NCBI GenBank assembly: GCA_025059595.1
Contig: JANXDI010000032.1
Coordinates: forward strand, 1 to 12,343
DNA: 12,343 nucleotides
Direction: 5' to 3'
DNA from: Candidatus Calditenuaceae archaeon
GTDB lineage: Archaea; Thermoproteota; Nitrososphaeria_A; Caldarchaeales; Calditenuaceae
The position numbers and the translations under genes were made by a program. A model generated the notes under the pieces. The model saw only the letters and a program-made list of their open reading frames with translations, did not search any database and was not told where the DNA came from. Each line of letters opens with the position of its first letter. The stretch's first letter is position 1. Positions 7,969 through 12,343 of the stretch are shown one piece after another.

Positions 7969-8910
7969 ATGCACCTAAACCCTCTTCAAATTAGGGCATT
8001 GGGAAGGTTCACGTTCCGATGCCATTCAGGTCTTCAGATCGGAGTAAGGGGCGAGGGCACTCAGAGGTTCGCCCTCCGAGTAGGGGAAAATCTACTCATA
8101 CCCTCAACCTCGTGGAAAGGGGCTTTTAGGTCTGTCTCAGAGAAGATAATAGGCTCGATGGATCTGAGCGGTGTCGTAGCCCTTCTCCGCGAGCTTTACG
8201 GTGAGGATGAAGATGGGGTGGCGTTTAAAGATCGCAACGGAGGAACCGGCACTTTCGATAGAGTCCTAGATCAACTCACTGCCAACCCGGGCCAACTTAT
8301 CAGGGAGTTAGAGAGGCTCGTCGTTGGCAACGAGGAGCTGATGAGTAGGTTAAGGGGGATAAGGGAGTCAAACGAGTTGAAAAGGTTCCTAAAGGAGGAG
8401 AGGGAGGGGAAGAGCCTTACTCAAAGATATCTTGGCTTGCTGTATCCGATCACATCCTTGTACGGGTCACCGGGCCTCGCCGGTAAGCTACGATTCCTAG
8501 ACACGGTCGCGAAGGCGGTTACTCATTGGAGGCCCGGTGTAGGCATAAACAGGTCGACGATGAGATCTGAGGAGGGGGTGATCTACGGTACTGAGGTACT
8601 CGTCCCCCTAGGTCAAAAGATAACGCTAAGCATGCTGATTGATAATGTCCTCCCCGCGACGACTGAGGCTGGAATCCTAGCATCAACGATAGAGTTGATC
8701 AAGAGTGAGGGTATACGGATTGGCAGCTCGAAGAGTAGGGGGCTGGGCAATTTAGAGCTTGTTGAAGAGGAGTCGTGGATTAAGGTGATGGATATCTCAG
8801 ACAAGGTGGATGCCGACGTTAAGATAAGGTATGTGACCTCCCCTCGAAACTGGACCCACCTCTCTTTAAAAGAGGCCTTGACTTGGCTCGAGGGGGGCGA
8901 TGACATCTAA
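7969..8910 (+). CDS. Cas7-like RAMP with a ~90-aa helical insertion (Csm5/Cmr6-like cap candidate)
   Basis: Motifs IPSTSWKGAFRSVSEK and LYGSPGLAG, plus glycine-rich loop IGSSKSRGLGNLEL. No Asp in the loop where the other Cas7 paralogues have one. GGAGGTCAGGT Shine-Dalgarno upstream. Confidence 0.7.
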   Translation: MHLNPLQIRALGRFTFRCHSGLQIGVRGEGTQRFALRVGENLLIPSTSWKGAFRSVSEKIIGSMDLSGVVALLRELYGEDEDGVAFKDRNGGTGTFDRVLDQLTANPGQLIRELERLVVGNEELMSRLRGIRESNELKRFLKEEREGKSLTQRYLGLLYPITSLYGSPGLAGKLRFLDTVAKAVTHWRPGVGINRSTMRSEEGVIYGTEVLVPLGQKITLSMLIDNVLPATTEAGILASTIELIKSEGIRIGSSKSRGLGNLELVEEESWIKVMDISDKVDADVKIRYVTSPRNWTHLSLKEALTWLEGGDDI

Positions 8911-9118
8911 TCTCGGAGCGCTTAAAATAAGTAGAGTTTCAGACAGCGACATTATATTGAGAGCCATCTCGACAATACTGAATAATAAGGAGGAGATTGT
9001 AGAAGACTATCTAAGAAAAAGCCTCGAGAAAGGGGACTCGCGAGACACAATACTTAGTAGTCTAACTAAGTTGTTGTACGAGGTATGGAAAAGTTTAGGG
9101 AGTATTGGGGGGAGATAA
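8900..9118 (+). CDS. Hypothetical 72-aa helical protein (possibly the N-terminal part of the next gene)
   Basis: The ATG overlaps the upstream stop by 11 nt, and GAGGGGGG lies upstream. The sequence looks helical and I recognise no motif. The last 34 nt overlap the next ORF across a G6 run. Confidence 0.45.
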   Translation: MTSNLGALKISRVSDSDIILRAISTILNNKEEIVEDYLRKSLEKGDSRDTILSSLTKLLYEVWKSLGSIGGR

Positions 9119-10092
9119 ATGAAAGAGAATTAGAGAATACACCCGCGAGAGATATCCTCTCGGAGCTCATTTCATTAGTGAACAAGGAATTTGTTAGTCG
9201 ATGCTACGATACTTACACTGAAATACTTATAAAGAAACTTTGCGAATATCAAAGTAAAAAATCTAGGATCGGAGACCTCATGATTATCAGATGCACCTTA
9301 CAAAGTCTCCTAATTGAAAAACATGTAGAAAAAATGACTTTTAGGGACGAAGCCGGTGAATTAAAACCATTAATAATTAGCGTGCGCAAAGATTTAGACC
9401 CTCGTTCGGAGGTTCAGTTACTGAAAGTAGTTTACGATCTCTACTTACGGCACGACCTTAGAGTTTTAGACCAAGTATTATATTTATTTTCAAACTATAA
9501 TTTTGAGCAGGGCGCGAGGTTGATAAATGAATACTTAATAGCTACGGACGAAGAGTCTAAGCAGAAGGCTATAAGCGAGATCGTTAAAAGTGCGCGAGCA
9601 ATAAAGAGGATTGGCGAGCTAGCACTGGCAAATGGAGATTATATGGACGTTTTGATGACACTGTTAAATGCTTTTCGATATATTTATCCAGCAAACTTAG
9701 TAGAGATGCTAACAGATCATTGGAGCAGGCTTGGCGAATATCTTTTGTGGTCTATTATGTTGCGGCATGGGGTTTTGTTTAGCCTTAACGCAGAATTGAA
9801 CCCTACCTTATGGAGCGGCACAGAGAAGAATAAGGCCGGTGAATTCGACGCGATCCTGCTCCCCCAAGAGGATCTTGATCTTATTTTTGTGGACGTAACC
9901 CTTGCGAGAGAGTTGAATGACAAGATTCAGAAATACGGCGAATTCCTTAAAAAAATCTCTCGTGAGGTTGGTGTGCGCGCGGCTGTATGGATTGTGCACT
10001 CAAGTTACGCAGATCGATTTGATGCTGATACGCAAGACGACCTCAAACTCATACCCCTGACATCCCTCCCCGACATCATTGCATCTTCGTGA
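9085..10092 (+). CDS. Hypothetical 335-aa protein: helical N-domain plus restriction-endonuclease-like (PD-(D/E)xK-type) C-domain with a non-canonical motif
   Basis: Long ORF and last gene of the operon. The C-terminal pattern reads as alpha-beta-beta-beta-alpha-beta: EYLLWSIMLRHG / VLFSLNAEL / GEFDAILL (D255, nt 9847-9849) / LIFVDVTLA (D270-V-T272, nt 9892-9900) / ELNDKIQKYGEFLKK / AAVWIVHSS. No CARF, HEPN or RAMP motif recognised. Confidence 0.7.
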   Translation: MEKFREYWGEINERELENTPARDILSELISLVNKEFVSRCYDTYTEILIKKLCEYQSKKSRIGDLMIIRCTLQSLLIEKHVEKMTFRDEAGELKPLIISVRKDLDPRSEVQLLKVVYDLYLRHDLRVLDQVLYLFSNYNFEQGARLINEYLIATDEESKQKAISEIVKSARAIKRIGELALANGDYMDVLMTLLNAFRYIYPANLVEMLTDHWSRLGEYLLWSIMLRHGVLFSLNAELNPTLWSGTEKNKAGEFDAILLPQEDLDLIFVDVTLARELNDKIQKYGEFLKKISREVGVRAAVWIVHSSYADRFDADTQDDLKLIPLTSLPDIIASS

Positions 10093-10555
10093 GAATTCCG
10101 TACATATTGTGCTATCCGCGGCTCTGACTTTCGGATTTGGATTGTTTTCAACGAATACTATGGCTACGCCGAGGCGGTTTTGCCATATTGGGGATATATA
10201 GTCTTGACTGTGTTGTTGGCTTTTCGACATGTTAGGATCTTCCCTTTCCGATATCTTTCCACGATCGTCAATAGAGGTTTAGCCGCCTCATAATCTCATC
10301 ATTGTGAGCTCCCTACATTGAATATATCGCCTCTGTCATGAATCTGTTCCGATTAACAGCGCTCTAAGGGCATTGTGGTCAAAGAACTTTCGGAAGGCTA
10401 GCGGGGAGTGTCTCCCGTCTGCGCAGACTCTTTGTAAGCCTCGATGCTCTCTGCGACGGAGTGAGGCGAGCCGCGAATTAGGCACTCTTCTCTGATTAGA
10501 TGTGGAGGGGAGACTCGACGAAAGGGTTAAAGTGAAGAAGACGCCAGTGAGTTTC

Positions 10556-11233
10556 TCACGGAGTCTCAGTCTGGATTCCGAGCTCCCGCAATATTGGCTT
10601 GATGGGAACGTCTACCCTCCTACTCTGGACAGCAACCTCAACCTTGTCAATGACCCCGGACTCTTGAGCGAGTCTCAGAGCTATGAGGAGCTGTGATAGT
10701 GAGTGATAAACCCTCGGCCAGTACCTTGAGTCTTCCGAGAGGCCCTCCCAATCGGGCGCGCTTCTAATATCTACTTTGGCCCTGTGAATCTCGGCTAGCT
10801 TCGCGGCGGGGCTAACCGACCAGCGCCTGTAAGCCCCGTCATCACCTGTGACTAGGATCTTTCCAGTTACTAGGTATGGATCTATTCTGGGGATGGCGGT
10901 GTCGCATGGATGGCCCGCAGTTGGGAAGACGTTCGGCCTTAACGTCATGACCTCTCTTAGAGAGAGGTAGGCTAAGCTGTCGAGGAGCTCTCGCGTGTCT
11001 TCGAGCCTGCCTTTCTTAACGGCTTCATAGACCCTCCGCTCAACCTCTGAAACGACGCATTCAGGCAGGACTATGGAGTGTCCCATGTAGCACAGAGTGT
11101 GGATCCCATAGTAGAGTACGTTTGTGTCGATGATTAGTTCCCTCACTCCCGCTCCATCCCTGAGGTCTAAGGAGTTGACACCCTCGGCGGATTTGCCGAA
11201 AGTCTTAAGGTTCGCACAGCCACTCCAAGCCAA
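10556..11233 (-). CDS. PIN-domain nuclease (VapC-like fold) with a ~90-aa C-terminal extension
   Basis: PIN motifs RELIIDTNVLYYG (D36, nt 11126-11128), SEVERR, CDTAIPRID and ILVTGDDGA supply the four acidic positions. The TTG start at 11233 from the ORF track is doubtful. GTG 11146 (VRELIIDTN) preceded by GGAGCGGGA is the best stand-alone start. The frame stays open upstream to 11365. Confidence 0.7.
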   Translation of the reverse strand: MAWSGCANLKTFGKSAEGVNSLDLRDGAGVRELIIDTNVLYYGIHTLCYMGHSIVLPECVVSEVERRVYEAVKKGRLEDTRELLDSLAYLSLREVMTLRPNVFPTAGHPCDTAIPRIDPYLVTGKILVTGDDGAYRRWSVSPAAKLAEIHRAKVDIRSAPDWEGLSEDSRYWPRVYHSLSQLLIALRLAQESGVIDKVEVAVQSRRVDVPIKPILRELGIQTETP

Positions 11234-12023
11234 TAATTCGTCAAACCCTCTATCACCCAGCTGTGACAGGAAACGCGACAGCCTTGAAAGAAGACCGCCC
11301 AGCTTACCCGCGGTGTAGAGTCCTCCCTCTCGAGCAAGTTCACGGCCCCCCGCGGGACTTTCACCTCAAGAACCGGGTCTTCACTTACTACGGACGGGTT
11401 TAGGAGACCTAGGTCAGCATATTCATTAACCCGCCTTGACAGCTCTCCAACACATCTTCTCGAGGGTCCAACGAGCCACCCCGCTCTCTCTTCATGTTCT
11501 AAGTCGGCGGCGAACCTGGCCGAGCTCCTGAATACTTTGGGAGCCGCGTCCTGGTGAGGCGTCAACGTGATAATTGGCTCAAGCCTCCAGGGACGTAGGG
11601 GTACGCGAGCCCAGCCCACTCGCCCCAATAGAACTCCAAGTGGGCCAGAACGATCCTCGAGAAGTCGGCGGCCTTCTTGATGAGGCCGGAGCATGCGATG
11701 GCGATGGCCGCCGCTACTCTCCTGCTGGCGGGTGAGAGGACGGCAACAACGCTCTTCGCATCGCTCAAGGCCGGCTCTATGACCTGGCCGTTTATGCTGT
11801 TAGATAGCCCAGGGCTCTCCTCAACCTCGAGCTTGGTCCTTCGAGCCCTACCCTCTCCGAACAAGGTACTCGCGACCTCCGCGACCTTCTGAGACTCGCT
11901 CTCCCCCCTATCGTAAATGATGTGGACGGAATTTACTTGAAATTCCTCGTAACATCTGTAGAGGCAGGAGAGCCCCGCCTCTACCGCGAGAGGCCCGCTA
12001 CTGACTGGTAAGACGAGCCTCAT
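11167..12023 (-). pseudogene. CARF-domain protein with a probable winged-helix C-terminus (Csa3-like), interrupted by at least one frameshift
   Basis: Frame 1 (12023 to 11565) reads MRLVLPVSSGP..., SVHIIYD... and VVAVLSPASRRVAAAIAIA..., with CARF-like strand/loop motifs, then EFYWGEWAGLAYPYVP and a stop at 11562-11564. A second frame continues protein-like (RLEPIITLTPHQ...RRCVGELSRRVNEYADLGLLNPSVVSEDPVLEVKVPRGAVNLLERE). A TTTTATAT box 27 nt upstream of ATG 12023 suggests a leaderless start. Confidence 0.55.
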
Positions 12024-12045
12024 CACATTGAATTCAAATGCCCCG

Positions 12046-12053
12046 ATATAAAA
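12046..12053 (-). promoter_or_regulatory. TATA box for the CARF gene (leaderless transcript)
   Basis: The minus strand reads TTTTATAT, centred ~27 nt upstream of ATG 12023 (MRLVLP...). This is the classic crenarchaeal leaderless geometry and argues against the ATG 12065 start of the ORF track. Confidence 0.55.
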
Positions 12054-12118
12054 GCGAGCGGCCATTCAAAGACGCGCGGCCGCGGAGGCCGACTCTACAG
12101 GCTTTCACGAGCAGAACC

Positions 12119-12126
12119 ATATAAAT
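12119..12126 (+). promoter_or_regulatory. TATA box for the right CRISPR leader / pre-crRNA
   Basis: ATATAAAT lies 25-30 nt upstream of the conserved leader block starting at 12151. A box at the same offset is present beside the left copy. Confidence 0.5.
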
Positions 12127-12150
12127 GTCTCTCGAACCCAATTCACCATC

Positions 12151-12234
12151 TTAAATGGGGGTGCTGTACTTTAAATAGTGGGCTAAATTAACTGTATCTG
12201 CCACAAACCGGCCTTGGAGAAACGCCACTCCAAG
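12151..12234 (+). repeat. Right copy of the 84-bp inverted repeat; transcribed leader of the CRISPR array starting at 12260
   Basis: The reverse complement matches 1-84 at 79/84 positions. It ends 25 nt before the first CRISPR repeat. A hairpin CTTGGAG-N8-CTCCAAG lies at 12213-12234. Confidence 0.75.
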
Positions 12235-12259
12235 TCTCAGAACCCGGAAAAAAGGCACA

Positions 12260-12343
12260 CTGACCCCAAAAAGGGAATTGAGAGTGGTAATCGAGAATCT
12301 TTAGCTTTCGAGGTAGCTCTTTGATGCTCATCCCAAAAAGGGA
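12260..12343 (+). CRISPR. Start of a CRISPR array (repeat 1, spacer 1, partial repeat 2), continuing beyond the window
   Basis: CTGACCCCAAAAAGGGAATTGAGAG (12260-12284), a 42-nt spacer (12285-12326), then CTCATCCCAAAAAGGGA to the window end. The period is 67 nt and 15/17 comparable positions are identical. The repeat resembles the crenarchaeal ...CCCAAAAGGGATTGAAAG family and ends in ATTGAGAG where those end in the 8-nt tag ATTGAAAG. Fewer than two units are visible. Confidence 0.6.

Noticed and set aside
587-9999. Minus-strand ORFs inside the plus-strand operon: 587-880, 877-1059, 1216-1425, 1676-1978, 3601-3819, 3868-4107, 4928-5155, 5152-5472, 5469-5675, 5548-5751, 6717-7013, 7147-7383, 8613-8906, 9717-9923, 9808-9999
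   Set aside because: All lie antisense to ORFs with strong Cas motifs. They have low-complexity Ser/Leu/Arg/Pro-rich translations typical of shadow frames, and they lack ribosome-binding or promoter context.
9976-9999. R-x6-H (RAAVWIVH) in the 335-aa protein as a HEPN RNase motif
   Set aside because: The spacing matches only formally. The segment is a hydrophobic strand-like stretch, not the polar helix start (R-N/x-x-x-x-H) of HEPN domains, and no second HEPN feature is present.
10000-10230. Minus-strand 76-aa ORF spanning the end of the 335-aa gene and the gap
   Set aside because: Half of it is antisense to the 335-aa CDS. I recognise no motif and see no promoter or Shine-Dalgarno. It is possibly a gene remnant but is not supportable.
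10502-11892. Plus-strand ORFs 10502-10696, 11124-11318 and 11677-11892
   Set aside because: They are antisense to the PIN and CARF coding frames in a GC-rich stretch where stop codons are rare. The translations are Ser/Pro/Leu/Ala-rich with no motifs.
1-12234. The 84-bp terminal inverted repeats as ends of a transposon or other mobile element carrying the cas module
   Set aside because: No transposase, integrase or target-site duplication is visible. The right copy sits exactly in leader position before a CRISPR repeat, and both copies have a TATA box at the same offset. Duplicated leaders explain the repeats better. Mobility is not fully excluded without the flanks.
12241-12259. CCCGGAAAAAAGG just before repeat 1 as an extra degenerate repeat
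   Set aside because: It lies only ~22 nt from repeat 1, far less than the 67-nt period, and it lacks the ATTGAGAG end. It is more likely a leader-repeat junction sequence.

Overview
This is an archaeal-style (crenarchaeal-looking) type III CRISPR-Cas locus. A tightly packed plus-strand operon (504-10092) has ATGA/GTGA stop-start overlaps and GGTG/GAGG Shine-Dalgarno motifs. It encodes a Cas11-like small subunit, five Cas7-type RAMPs, a Csx10/Csm4-like Cas5 and a 904-aa Cas10 with intact HD (H205-D206) and GGDD (659-662) motifs. Two unrecognisable genes (72 aa and 335 aa) follow in a visibly AT-richer tail. Convergent on the minus strand is a GC-rich CARF / winged-helix / PIN block (12023 down to 10556) that is split over three reading frames. 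The whole ~12-kb module is bracketed by 84-bp inverted copies (79/84 identical) of what I interpret as a CRISPR leader, each with a TATA box at the same offset. The right copy runs into the first ~1.7 units of a CRISPR array (25-nt repeat ending ATTGAGAG, 42-nt spacer) that leaves the window. No cas6, cas1/cas2/cas4, csx1/csm6 or ring nuclease is visible. The most interesting candidates are the orphan operon-tail genes (restriction-endonuclease-like core with D..DxT instead of D..ExK) and a possible CARF-wHTH-PIN signalling effector. All family assignments come from motif recognition by eye; no database search or structure prediction was possible.
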